Shown here piece after piece: positions 37,083 through 46,218 of a DNA stretch of 64,000 bases. This stretch comes from Firmicutes bacterium UBA5509 (GTDB lineage Bacteria; Bacillota; Proteinivoracia; UBA4975). Below the pieces are notes generated by a model. The model saw only the letters and a list, made by a program, of their open reading frames with translations, made no database searches and had not been told where the DNA came from. Made by a program: the position numbers and the translations under genes. How positions within the stretch are numbered: position 1 is the stretch's first letter; each line of letters opens with the position of its first letter. Location of the stretch: the NCBI GenBank assembly GCA_002423965.1, contig DIOR01000019.1, forward strand, positions 41,103 to 105,102, in the 5' to 3' direction.

Positions 37083-37310
37083 GCCATCGCTCCTTCCCAC
37101 AGGATTAATTATATCCTCCAGGACAGAAGAAAGCCATTACTTAAGCCGTTCCAAGGATTTCATTCTTGGGAAGCCGAATAGATTTTCCATTGTGACTCAG
37201 TAAGTCCTTCATATACTCCTTATATTGCGAGCTGCTTCAACAGTGGGGTTTACTAAACACCTCCTATTTATACTATATCAATAATAACAAATCAATAAAC
37301 AGTAAGTATT

Positions 37311-37341
37311 AAAAATTAGACACCGTTTCCGGTGTCTAATT
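37311..37341 (-). terminator. Terminator of opp operon
   Basis: AATTAGACACC-gtttcc-GGTGTCTAATT with T run on minus strand. Confidence 0.8.
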
Positions 37342-37342
37342 A

Positions 37343-38317
37343 CTAATGGTAATTGTGGCAGGCTACTAAGTGGCCATTGCCGAGATCCTGCATTTCAGGA
37401 ATAACTTCTTTACACACGCCGATTGCCCGATTACAACGGGTGTGGAAACAGCAGCCAGGAGGAGGATTTATTGGGCTGGGCACATCCCCTTCCAATAGAA
37501 TCCGCTTCCGTTTCCGTTCCAGGGTCGGGTCGGCAATGGGGACAGCGGAAAGCAGAGCCTTTGTATAGGGATGCACCGGGTGGGCATAGAGCTCAGAACT
37601 CAGGTTGATCTCGACAATCTTGCCCAGGTACATTACCGCAACCCGATGGGAAATATACTTGACCATTGAAAGGTCATGGGCAATGAAGAGAAAGGTTAAA
37701 TGCAATTCATCCTGGAGTTGTTCCAGGGTGTTGACAATCTGAGCTTGAATGGAGACGTCTACGGCAGATATGGGTTCATCGCAGACGATAAACTTAGGCT
37801 CAACAGCCAGCGCCCTAGCAATCCCCACCCTTTGCCGTTGGCCACCGCTAAATTCATGGGGGTAGCGGTTGACATGGTCGGGGTTTAAACCGACTAAATC
37901 CAGCAAGTACTGGATTCGCTCCCGGCGTTCTTTTTTCCCTTTTGCCAGGTGGTGGATGTCTAAGGGTTCGCCAACTATATCACCCACGGTCATCCGGGGG
38001 TTAAGGGAGGCGTAAGGGTCCTGAAAAATCATCTGCATCTGGCGCCGGGAACTGGCCTTGTCAGCTTTGCTGGCAGTAGAGACGTCCGCTCCCTCAAATA
38101 GGATCTTGCCGGCAGTGGGCTTGTACAAGCCGATTACTGTCCGGCCCACGGTGGTCTTACCACAGCCGCTTTCACCTACCAGGCCCAGGGTCTTTCCTGG
38201 GTCCATAGTAAAAGAAATGTCGTCAACGGCTCTCACCATTTCTGCCTGTGAGAAAAAGCCGCCACCCAGGGGGAAATACTTTTTCAAATTAGTTACTTCT
38301 ATGATTGGGTTGTTCAT
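37343..38317 (-). CDS. oppF: Oligopeptide ABC ATP-binding protein
   Basis: GESGCGKTT, YPHEFSGGQRQR, CDEP, HPVHPYT, C-terminal Cys cluster; ATG overlaps oppD stop. Confidence 0.92.
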   Translation of the reverse strand: MNNPIIEVTNLKKYFPLGGGFFSQAEMVRAVDDISFTMDPGKTLGLVGESGCGKTTVGRTVIGLYKPTAGKILFEGADVSTASKADKASSRRQMQMIFQDPYASLNPRMTVGDIVGEPLDIHHLAKGKKERRERIQYLLDLVGLNPDHVNRYPHEFSGGQRQRVGIARALAVEPKFIVCDEPISAVDVSIQAQIVNTLEQLQDELHLTFLFIAHDLSMVKYISHRVAVMYLGKIVEINLSSELYAHPVHPYTKALLSAVPIADPTLERKRKRILLEGDVPSPINPPPGCCFHTRCNRAIGVCKEVIPEMQDLGNGHLVACHNYH

Positions 38318-39324
38318 TATCCCACCTCCTGAGGCCGACTGGTCGGCGGAGCCATTGGATGTTGCAACCAGCAATTTACTGTGTGGGAAGCTTTCCCATT
38401 AAAAGCCGGGGGCCTATCCTGGGCACAAATCGCCATGGCATGTTCGCACCGAGGCAGGAAAGGACAGCGATCTAATTCTAACAATAAATCAGGGGGTTGC
38501 CCCCAGATAGGCTTTAATTTATCCTCCGGCCCCATGTTCAACCGGGGAAGAGAGCGCAGCAGACCCCAAGTATAGGGGTGCAGTGGGTCACATAGGACCT
38601 CATCCACCGTCCCTTGTTCTACCAGGTTGCCGGCATACATAACCATTACTCGATCCGCCAGGCCCGCCACCACGCCTAAATCGTGGGTGATGAGGATTAT
38701 GGCGGTGTTTAGTTCTTGGCGAATATTCTTCAGCACTTCAATTATCTGAGCCTGAATGGTCACGTCAAGGGCGGTGGTGGGTTCGTCTGCAATTAGGAGC
38801 TTGGGATCGCAGGCTAGGGACATAGCAATCAGAACCCGTTGACGCATGCCTCCGCTGAGTTCATGGGGATAGGATTTCAGCCGGGTTTGTGGTTCGGGAA
38901 TTCCTACCATGGATAGAAGTTCAATAGCCCTGGCATCTGCTTGGGACTGGTTCATCTTTTTGTGCAGCCTCAGAATTTCAGTAATTTGAGTGCGCACGTT
39001 AAGGACTGGATTGAGGGAAGTCATCGAATCCTGGAAGATGACACTGATGTCGTTGCCCCTAATCTTTTGCATCTGCGTCTCGGTCTTGGCGAGGATTTCC
39101 TCGCCGTTAAACAAGATAGAGCCTCCCGTAATCTTTCCGGGGGGGGAGGGAATTAGGCGCATGATAGATTGAGCGGTAACGCTTTTGCCGCAGCCGGATT
39201 CTCCAACGATGGCCAAGACTTCACCGGCATTAAGGTCAAAGCTTACCTGGCGTACAGCTCTGACTACGCCGGCATAGGTCCTAAATTCCACTTCTAAATC
39301 TCTGACGTTTAATAGAGTATTCAT
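38317..39324 (-). CDS. oppD: Oligopeptide ABC ATP-binding protein
   Basis: GESGCGKS, YPHELSGGMRQR, ADEPTTALDVTIQAQI. Confidence 0.92.
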   Translation of the reverse strand: MNTLLNVRDLEVEFRTYAGVVRAVRQVSFDLNAGEVLAIVGESGCGKSVTAQSIMRLIPSPPGKITGGSILFNGEEILAKTETQMQKIRGNDISVIFQDSMTSLNPVLNVRTQITEILRLHKKMNQSQADARAIELLSMVGIPEPQTRLKSYPHELSGGMRQRVLIAMSLACDPKLLIADEPTTALDVTIQAQIIEVLKNIRQELNTAIILITHDLGVVAGLADRVMVMYAGNLVEQGTVDEVLCDPLHPYTWGLLRSLPRLNMGPEDKLKPIWGQPPDLLLELDRCPFLPRCEHAMAICAQDRPPAFNGKASHTVNCWLQHPMAPPTSRPQEVG

Positions 39325-39332
39325 TCTCTCAC

Positions 39333-40262
39333 CTACTTCCGCATCTTGGGATCTAAGGCGTCGCGCAAGCCATCGCCGATGAAGTTAAAGGCCAGTAGTG
39401 TGATGCAGATAGCTACAGCGGGGAACACCAATACATGAGGATAGGATCTTAGCGTTGTCAGGGCATCGGAGGCAAGCATGCCCCAGCTTGCCATAGGAGC
39501 GGATACACCGAGGCCAATAAAACTTAAAAAGGACTCAGTGAAAATCGCTTCCGGAATAGAAATCGTTGCTGTGACGATGATGGAACCCATTACGTTGGGA
39601 ATAAGGTGCTGAAGCAATATCTTTCTCTTCTTGGCGCCGATTGTTGTTGCAGCCAGGATAAATTCCTGCTCCTTAAGACTTAAGATTTGGGCTCGGACAA
39701 TACGGGCCATTGGCAACCAATAGACTATACCCAAGGCGATAAAGATGCTGGACAGGTTTACCCCTTTGCTGCCTTCTGGGTCTAGGATCACTATGAGCAT
39801 AATCACCCATAGGAGAAAGGGAATGCTGTACATAATGTCCACGAAGCGCATCATGAGATTATCTATCTTGCCGCCGGCCAAACCGCTTATGCCTCCAAAT
39901 AGTACCCCAATTACACAGGTGGTGATTGCTGCGACAAAACCCACCGCTAAAGAGATGCGGGCACCATACATAGTTCTCACCAATATATCCCTGCCAAGAT
40001 TATCTGTGCCAAAGGGGTGCTCCCGGCAGGGCCGAAGATGAATATTGTCAAAGTCCTGATCAGAGTAGGAATAGGGAGAAAGGAAAGGACCGACAATTGC
40101 AGTCAGTGTAAGCAGGGCGATGAAAATCAGGCTGGTGATTGCCAGTGGGTTTTTCTTAAGGCGTCGCCAGGCATCTTGCCAGTAGGTAATGCTGGGTCTC
40201 GCCTCATCCGCCTGAACTCTGTTCTTATCAAGGGGTTTAAACAGCTCGGGGGATATTGCCAT
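39333..40262 (-). CDS. oppC: Oligopeptide ABC permease
   Basis: YWQDAWRRL, HPFGTDNLGRD, EQEFILAA EAA motif, ESFLSFIGLG. Confidence 0.92.
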   Translation of the reverse strand: MAISPELFKPLDKNRVQADEARPSITYWQDAWRRLKKNPLAITSLIFIALLTLTAIVGPFLSPYSYSDQDFDNIHLRPCREHPFGTDNLGRDILVRTMYGARISLAVGFVAAITTCVIGVLFGGISGLAGGKIDNLMMRFVDIMYSIPFLLWVIMLIVILDPEGSKGVNLSSIFIALGIVYWLPMARIVRAQILSLKEQEFILAATTIGAKKRKILLQHLIPNVMGSIIVTATISIPEAIFTESFLSFIGLGVSAPMASWGMLASDALTTLRSYPHVLVFPAVAICITLLAFNFIGDGLRDALDPKMRK

Positions 40263-40266
40263 TGTC

Positions 40267-41196
40267 CTACTCCTTTCTTGCCGATAATTTAATTCTCGGG
40301 TCAAACTGGGAATATGCGATGTCCACTAGCATATTCAAGCCAATTAAAATCATGCTATAAAATACTGTCGTCCCAAGAATTACAGTGTAGTCGCGGTTAT
40401 AGATGCTTGTGACAAAGTGCTTGCCCAGTCCGGGGACTGCAAAGATATTTTCCACTACAAAGGTCCCTGTAATAATTCCTGCCAGCAGCGGTCCTGAATA
40501 AGTTAGGACTGGGATAATGGCATTCTTTATCGCATGAACCCAGACAATTCTCCGCCGGGGCAATCCTTTGGCTTTAGCAGTCTTCATATAATCTTGGCTC
40601 AAGACATCCAGCATGCTGGATCGGGTCAAGCGAGCAATATATGCTGTAGGAAGAGCCCCCAGAGAAATAGCCGGCATGATAATATGCAATGGAGTCCCCC
40701 AGGTTGCTGGCGGCAGCAACCCCAGTTTATAGGACAGTACTAACATCAGCAATGTGCCCAAGATGAAACTGGGGATCGCCACTCCAAGGGTGCTAAAGGA
40801 CATGACCAGGTAGTCCAAGATTTTCCCCTGGTTCAAGGCCGCTACTATTCCCACGCTGACACCCACTAATAAAGCAAAGGCAAAGGCTACCAAACCTAGT
40901 TGCAGGGACACTGGAAAGCGAGCGGCAATAATGCCATTGACAGTTTGCCCCCGATATTTAAAGGAGGGGCCTAAATCTCCTTTGAGTAAATTAAGCATGT
41001 AGTCTTTGTACTGGACCAGGAGTGGATCATCTAATTTATATCTTTTTTCAATATTTTCTTTGATTGCTGGCGGCAGGACTTTATCCCTTTGAAATGGCCC
41101 CCCTGGAATTGCGTGCATGAAAAAAAAGGTTACCGTAATTACCACCCAGATGGCCAGAATTGCCGACAACAGACGTCGAACAACAAACTCAAGCAT
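40267..41196 (-). CDS. oppB: Oligopeptide ABC permease
   Basis: PGGPF, GDLGPSF, DYMKTAKAKGL, VENIFAVPGLG, RDYTVI. Confidence 0.92.
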   Translation of the reverse strand: MLEFVVRRLLSAILAIWVVITVTFFFMHAIPGGPFQRDKVLPPAIKENIEKRYKLDDPLLVQYKDYMLNLLKGDLGPSFKYRGQTVNGIIAARFPVSLQLGLVAFAFALLVGVSVGIVAALNQGKILDYLVMSFSTLGVAIPSFILGTLLMLVLSYKLGLLPPATWGTPLHIIMPAISLGALPTAYIARLTRSSMLDVLSQDYMKTAKAKGLPRRRIVWVHAIKNAIIPVLTYSGPLLAGIITGTFVVENIFAVPGLGKHFVTSIYNRDYTVILGTTVFYSMILIGLNMLVDIAYSQFDPRIKLSARKE

Positions 41197-41224
41197 TAGC
41201 AGCAACTCCTTAATCTAAAAGATG

Positions 41225-41257
41225 GGAGGTATACCAAAGCATCTTTGGTATACCTCC
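41225..41257. terminator. Perfect 15-bp intercistronic hairpin between oppA and oppB
   Basis: GGAGGTATACCAAAG-cat-CTTTGGTATACCTCC. Confidence 0.75.
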
Positions 41258-41271
41258 ACTGCTTTGAGGCA

Positions 41272-42864
41272 TTATTCTGCGATATAGGCTGTCTTAAAGT
41301 CCACGCCACCAATAATGATGGAGCTGTAGCCCTTCAGGTTCTCAGAAACCATGGCAGGCAGGGTGTAGTAGTAGATAGGCATAATCGGCATTTCTTCCAT
41401 GAAGATATCTTCCATCCGATGTAGCTTTTCATTGCGGGAATTCATATCACTTTCTTGGAGACACTCGGCTACCAACTTGTCATATTCAGCGTTAGTATAG
41501 CCGCTGTTGTTGTTGCCGTTGCCGGTAGTCCACATATCTAGGAAGGTATTTGGGTCGTTGTAGTCACCGATCCAGCCGGCTCGGGCTACGGTAAATGCCC
41601 CTTCATCCCTGGATTGCAGGTAGGTGCCCCACTCCTCGTTGGTAAGGGTCACATTGGTAATGCCCAAGTTCTGCTTCCACATTTCCTGGATAGCTTCGGC
41701 AATTAGCTTGTGATCTTCTGAAGTGTTATAGAGGATCGAAAAGGCGGGGAAACCCTCACCGTTGGGATAACCTGCAGCAGCTAATAAATCCTTCGCAGTT
41801 TCTAAGTTCTCTTCAAAATAGTCGCGGCCTTTTTCCCTGAAGTCGTTGCCATTTGGCTCGGGAATTCCGGGAGGCACAAAGGCAAACGCGGGAAGTTGTC
41901 CCCCTTGGGTGACTTTATCGACGATTTTCTGGCGGTCAATTGCCATGGTCAGGGCCTTCCGCACCCGGATATCGTCAAAGGGAGCCTTTTCCATGTTAAA
42001 GATGTAGTAATAGGTGCCCAAGTACGGGAAAATATGCAGCTCCGGCATAGCCTTTAGCCTGGGGATTTCCTGTCCGGGAACGGTGTTGGTCATATGAAGA
42101 TCGCCGTTTTCAAACATGGTCAGCTCGGTGCTGGCGTTTTCCACCATGGAAAAGACTAGGCGGTCGGCCTTGACAGCCCCGGCGTCCCAGTAATGCTCGT
42201 TGGGGACAAACTCAATCTGGTTGTTTTCCCATTTCTCCATCTTAAAGGGACCATTGGCAACAGTAGTTTCTACTTTCAGATGCCAGCCCTCTGGGTCGGC
42301 TTCGACAAATTGCTTGTAAACAGGGTAGTAGGTTTTAAAGGAAACCAGGGAGAGGAAATAAGGTGTGGGCCCAACCAATTTGACCTTAAGGGTCAGGTCA
42401 TCCACAGCTTCGATGCCGACATCGGCAAGATTTCCTTTTCCGCTGTTATATGCTTCTGCTCCCTCTATAGGATAGAGCATGTAAGCATAGTCGGCTGCAA
42501 GTTCGGGGTCCAGAGAACGTTTCCAGGACCAGGCAAGATCATGGGCGGTAAGAGGTTCGCCGTTTGCCCATTTGGATTCCCGGAGATGGAATGTATATTC
42601 TGTCTTATCTTCGCTGATGTCCCAGGTCTTCGCTAATGCAGCCTGGGGCTGGCCTAAGGCATCCATCCTTGTCAGTCCTTCATAAATTTGAAGCATAATT
42701 GATGCTTCGGGAATTCCGGTAGATAGATGCACGTCCATGGTCTCAGGTTCAGTGCCCACATTATACTGGATAACCATCTCGCCATTGTCAGTACCGGTAG
42801 TACATCCCGCCAAACTGGCAGCAAGGAGTAGGACCACAAAAAACATCGCTAAGTTCTTCCTCAA
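41272..42864 (-). CDS. oppA: Oligopeptide ABC substrate-binding lipoprotein
   Basis: Lipobox LAGC, YEGL, YTFHLRESKWANG, NGPFK, RVRKAL, RAGWIGDY. Confidence 0.93.
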   Translation of the reverse strand: MRKNLAMFFVVLLLAASLAGCTTGTDNGEMVIQYNVGTEPETMDVHLSTGIPEASIMLQIYEGLTRMDALGQPQAALAKTWDISEDKTEYTFHLRESKWANGEPLTAHDLAWSWKRSLDPELAADYAYMLYPIEGAEAYNSGKGNLADVGIEAVDDLTLKVKLVGPTPYFLSLVSFKTYYPVYKQFVEADPEGWHLKVETTVANGPFKMEKWENNQIEFVPNEHYWDAGAVKADRLVFSMVENASTELTMFENGDLHMTNTVPGQEIPRLKAMPELHIFPYLGTYYYIFNMEKAPFDDIRVRKALTMAIDRQKIVDKVTQGGQLPAFAFVPPGIPEPNGNDFREKGRDYFEENLETAKDLLAAAGYPNGEGFPAFSILYNTSEDHKLIAEAIQEMWKQNLGITNVTLTNEEWGTYLQSRDEGAFTVARAGWIGDYNDPNTFLDMWTTGNGNNNSGYTNAEYDKLVAECLQESDMNSRNEKLHRMEDIFMEEMPIMPIYYYTLPAMVSENLKGYSSIIIGGVDFKTAYIAE

Positions 42865-43063
42865 GAATATACCCCCTTATATATTTAATTTGCATCCGAT
42901 ATACGGTTTCTGGGTAATCCTTCACCTCCTGAAGTGTGTGTCGAAGTACTTTGACGTGTCAAAGCGTTTATGCGCTGACGATTGTACTATTCTATACGAA
43001 AGTGGAAAATCCTGCATATAGGGTCAAAAAAACTAAGGTTCATTCTATTTTCCCAAGGTAAAC

Positions 43064-43091
43064 AAAAACTCCCGAGTTACCGGGAGTTTTT
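43064..43091. terminator. Terminator after MBL hydrolase gene
   Basis: AAAAACTCCCG-agttac-CGGGAGTTTTT. Confidence 0.8.
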
Positions 43092-43114
43092 TGTAAATAT
43101 GTCTTGGTGTGGTC

Positions 43115-44020
43115 CTATAATTCCACCATGAAACTTTCCAAGGCTAGCTTGAGTTCTTCGTAATCAACATTATTGAGCAGTGAGGAAATACTGGTCAAAT
43201 AGTCCATATCCAGGGACTGCCATAACTGCCGCTGAAAAGAAGCGTAGTCAAAACCCTGGCCAATAGTATTTGCAATGGCATCCTCATACAGCAGCAAGGT
43301 GTAGAGCTTGCGCAGGTGGTCCCTATCCTCATCTGCTTCTGGGCTTTGTTCTTCAACCATCTCCTGGCTCTGGCGGAGATAATCAAGATTATCCTCAATA
43401 TCTTCTAGCGTCACAATCCCAGAATGGGAGGACACAATTACCTGACCGCGCTGCTCACCTATAAACTCTAAGGATTCGATATACTTTTCCAGGTCATGCC
43501 AGCCGATAGACGGCAAGGGTTTTTCCACCATATCCCCCACATAGAGCACAGAATCCTGGTGGTCAACGCAGATGGCGGAGTCGTCAGTATGGCCCGGGGT
43601 ATAGACAAACTCCACCCCATCATCTGCAAAAAGAATACTGCTGTCAAAAGTAAGGTGGGGTCTAACAAGGGTTACATCCCCATTTTGGTAACTGGCGTAG
43701 CGCTGCAATTCCAGGGGCCCTCGCTGCATTACATTCCGAGCGCAAAAGACATGGGCTACTACTAGGGGGTTGCTAAAGGCACTTACCCCCCAAATATGGT
43801 CCCAGTCAGAATGGGACAGGAATATTACCAAGGGCTTATCCAGTCCCTGGGTTCTTAGGTGCTCTTTTATCGGGTCCATGGACCTGGGCCCCAGATGTGT
43901 GTCGCATAGGTAGAGCCGGTTACTGCCCTCAATTAAGTACACGCTGTACTCTCCCAATAGAGATTCAGGCTCCTCAAAGGTAAATAGCGTTCCCCTGCTG
44001 CCAATCTTCTCGATCTTCAT
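43115..44020 (-). CDS. Metallo-beta-lactamase-fold hydrolase
   Basis: SHSDWDH, TPGHT.DS, VGD, SSH. Confidence 0.82.
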   Translation of the reverse strand: MKIEKIGSRGTLFTFEEPESLLGEYSVYLIEGSNRLYLCDTHLGPRSMDPIKEHLRTQGLDKPLVIFLSHSDWDHIWGVSAFSNPLVVAHVFCARNVMQRGPLELQRYASYQNGDVTLVRPHLTFDSSILFADDGVEFVYTPGHTDDSAICVDHQDSVLYVGDMVEKPLPSIGWHDLEKYIESLEFIGEQRGQVIVSSHSGIVTLEDIEDNLDYLRQSQEMVEEQSPEADEDRDHLRKLYTLLLYEDAIANTIGQGFDYASFQRQLWQSLDMDYLTSISSLLNNVDYEELKLALESFMVEL

Positions 44021-44068
44021 AGCCTCACTCCTTCAGTTAACTGAATACATTTCCCCTAAAGATGGGGA

Positions 44069-45298
44069 TTAGTCATTTTTATAAAATAAGACGATGCGGT
44101 TGGTATTAGTGCCACAGTCGTTGTTTCGGATTCCCCATATATTTGCGGTCTTAGTAAATTGTTGGACATTCAGCAAGACCCCTGCACACTGAAACCCTGC
44201 CTTCGTTCCCAGGGGAATTGTATGTTCATCTAGGCAGATTTTGCCCTTTCGCACTTCTCCCACTTCAAAGGCTACCCAACCACCGGGTGTAATTATCCTG
44301 TATAGCTCCACTAATACATCCTGGATGACTTGGCTCCATTCATCAAGAGAACGTGCCATGGTTATTTTTTTGCCAGGTGCCTCAGGGGATATGCCATTAA
44401 ACCAGCAACGCAGCCAGTTGTCATTAGCATACTGGACCACATCCAAAAAGGGGGGAGACGTTACCACCAGTTTAACAGACTCCGAGGAAATTTCCGGTGT
44501 CCACCGGGCATCATCTTCTAGAAATACGGCAGATTCTCCTGCCCTGGCTAGGCTGGCAATCTCATCAGCAGTCAGGGTCCGCACAAGGGAAGCGGATTTC
44601 CGCATTATCCGAGGTGTAATCTCCTTGTACTCCGGCACTTGATTTTTTTGTATATTTATCTGGATCTGCCTCTCCGGCAAAACCGCTTGATTGGGTGGAA
44701 GGGTATACACCGAAAAAAAACCACTGGAATGCCCGCTGAGGCGATTGGTGGCTACCATCCTAATCCATTGGTCCAGATGATCCTCCTTGCCCTGGGCCTC
44801 CCGTTCCAACAGGTACCTGCGCAGGGCGACAATCTCCCCTTCGGTGCGCCGGTGGTAGAACATGGACAAATCTATTTCCCCCCGGCCACCCTCTTCCAAG
44901 GGAATGGCGGCTAGCCGCTCCGCCAGGCTGTCTTTTGTGGGGACGAAAAACCTGGGACGGGCCAGCAAGGCACTTAAGGGATTGACATCATTAGCTGCCA
45001 CCCGTCTGCCCAGCAAGCCGGCCTCGATGACAGTGGTGCCTCTGCCGGAAAAGGGATCGTAGACTAAATCCCCTGGCTCTGTCAGGGCCTCTATAAAGAA
45101 CCGGGGCAGCTGAGGTTTAAAGCAGGCACGGTAGGAAATCTCATGAAGGGATGAGGCCTGCCGCTGCTTGGAGGTCCAAAACTCGTTGCTGAACTGGGGA
45201 ACCTGCCTGCCTTCGATGGCCACACAGTCCACCTTAGTCTTAACCCCAGCCCTATGCTGGTAGTCCTGAACATATCTAGCAAAGGTAGCCACGTCCAC
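44069..45298 (-). CDS. Amino-type (N4-C/N6-A) DNA methyltransferase, apparently orphan
   Basis: Motif I YDPFSGRGTT, motif IV TSPPF; no adjacent endonuclease. Confidence 0.78.
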   Translation of the reverse strand: MDVATFARYVQDYQHRAGVKTKVDCVAIEGRQVPQFSNEFWTSKQRQASSLHEISYRACFKPQLPRFFIEALTEPGDLVYDPFSGRGTTVIEAGLLGRRVAANDVNPLSALLARPRFFVPTKDSLAERLAAIPLEEGGRGEIDLSMFYHRRTEGEIVALRRYLLEREAQGKEDHLDQWIRMVATNRLSGHSSGFFSVYTLPPNQAVLPERQIQINIQKNQVPEYKEITPRIMRKSASLVRTLTADEIASLARAGESAVFLEDDARWTPEISSESVKLVVTSPPFLDVVQYANDNWLRCWFNGISPEAPGKKITMARSLDEWSQVIQDVLVELYRIITPGGWVAFEVGEVRKGKICLDEHTIPLGTKAGFQCAGVLLNVQQFTKTANIWGIRNNDCGTNTNRIVLFYKND

Positions 45299-45415
45299 TA
45301 GTCATCCCCCCCTGTATTTTGAAAATATCATATCATGAAACAAGGGCCAAACCCACTTCGCAGCCCAGGGTTTTCTTTCTATGCTTTAGTCCATTCCCAA
45401 AGGGATGCTGGCAAT

Positions 45416-45424
45416 CATACACTA
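45416..45424 (+). promoter_or_regulatory. Candidate sigma-E/sigma-K -10 element for the glycan operon
   Basis: CATACACTA ~40 nt before the rfbF start. Confidence 0.55.
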
Positions 45425-45462
45425 AATTGACTAATTTCCAGGCAAGGGAAGGAGGCTTTTAT

Positions 45463-46218
45463 ATGCAGGCAGTAATCCTCTGTGGCGGTAAGGGGATGAG
45501 AATGAGTAATGCACCTGACTTAACACCGAAGCCCCTGGTGAAGGTGGGGGGCATGCCCTTATTGATGCACATTATTAAACTGTTCCAGACATATGCCATC
45601 CAGGATTTTATTCTCTGCTTAGGGGATAAAAGTGAAGCTATCAAAGAATACTTTTTTAACCTGGATTGGAAAGCCCACGATTTTAAGCTCACCGAGAAGG
45701 GGGTCCAATATTATCATCCACCGGAAAACTGGAATATTATTTTCGCCGATACCGGCAAGGACACCCAGACCGGGGGCCGGATTAAAAGAATAGAAAAATA
45801 TCTCACAGGAGATGACTTTCTGCTCACATACAGTGATGGCCTTGCAAATATATCATTGCCGAAACTACTGACCCAGCATAAGAAAATGAAAAGACTAGCC
45901 ACTGTAACCGGTGTAAAACGCCCTTCGGCCTATGGAATTATGGAAGAGAATCACGGCCTGGTTGCCAGCTTCCGGGAAAAGCCCCAGTTAGACGGGTGGG
46001 TCAATGGCGGCTTCTTTGTCCTAAAAAAGCAGGTCTTGAAATACCTCCAGGGGGACCAGTGTATTTGGGAGGAACAGCCCCTGCGGCAACTTGCAGCAGA
46101 AGGGCAGCTGGCCCTTTACAGGCATCAGGGGTTTTGGCAGTCCTTGGATTCACCTAAAGAAGTCCAGATTGTAAACGAAATGTGGGCAAGGGATGACAGA
46201 CCTTGGGTGGTATGGTAA
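45463..46218 (+). CDS. rfbF: Glucose-1-phosphate cytidylyltransferase (RfbF/YfnH-like)
   Basis: VILCGGKG, PKPLV, TQTGGRIK, TYSDG, VNGGFFV, FWQSLD; start moved to ATG 45463 after GGAGG. Confidence 0.85.
   Translation: MQAVILCGGKGMRMSNAPDLTPKPLVKVGGMPLLMHIIKLFQTYAIQDFILCLGDKSEAIKEYFFNLDWKAHDFKLTEKGVQYYHPPENWNIIFADTGKDTQTGGRIKRIEKYLTGDDFLLTYSDGLANISLPKLLTQHKKMKRLATVTGVKRPSAYGIMEENHGLVASFREKPQLDGWVNGGFFVLKKQVLKYLQGDQCIWEEQPLRQLAAEGQLALYRHQGFWQSLDSPKEVQIVNEMWARDDRPWVVW

Noticed and set aside
42880-42930. AGGAGGTG followed by a 13-codon ATT-initiated frame in the oppA leader (minus strand)
   Set aside because: Non-canonical start, no attenuator structure or amino-acid bias seen
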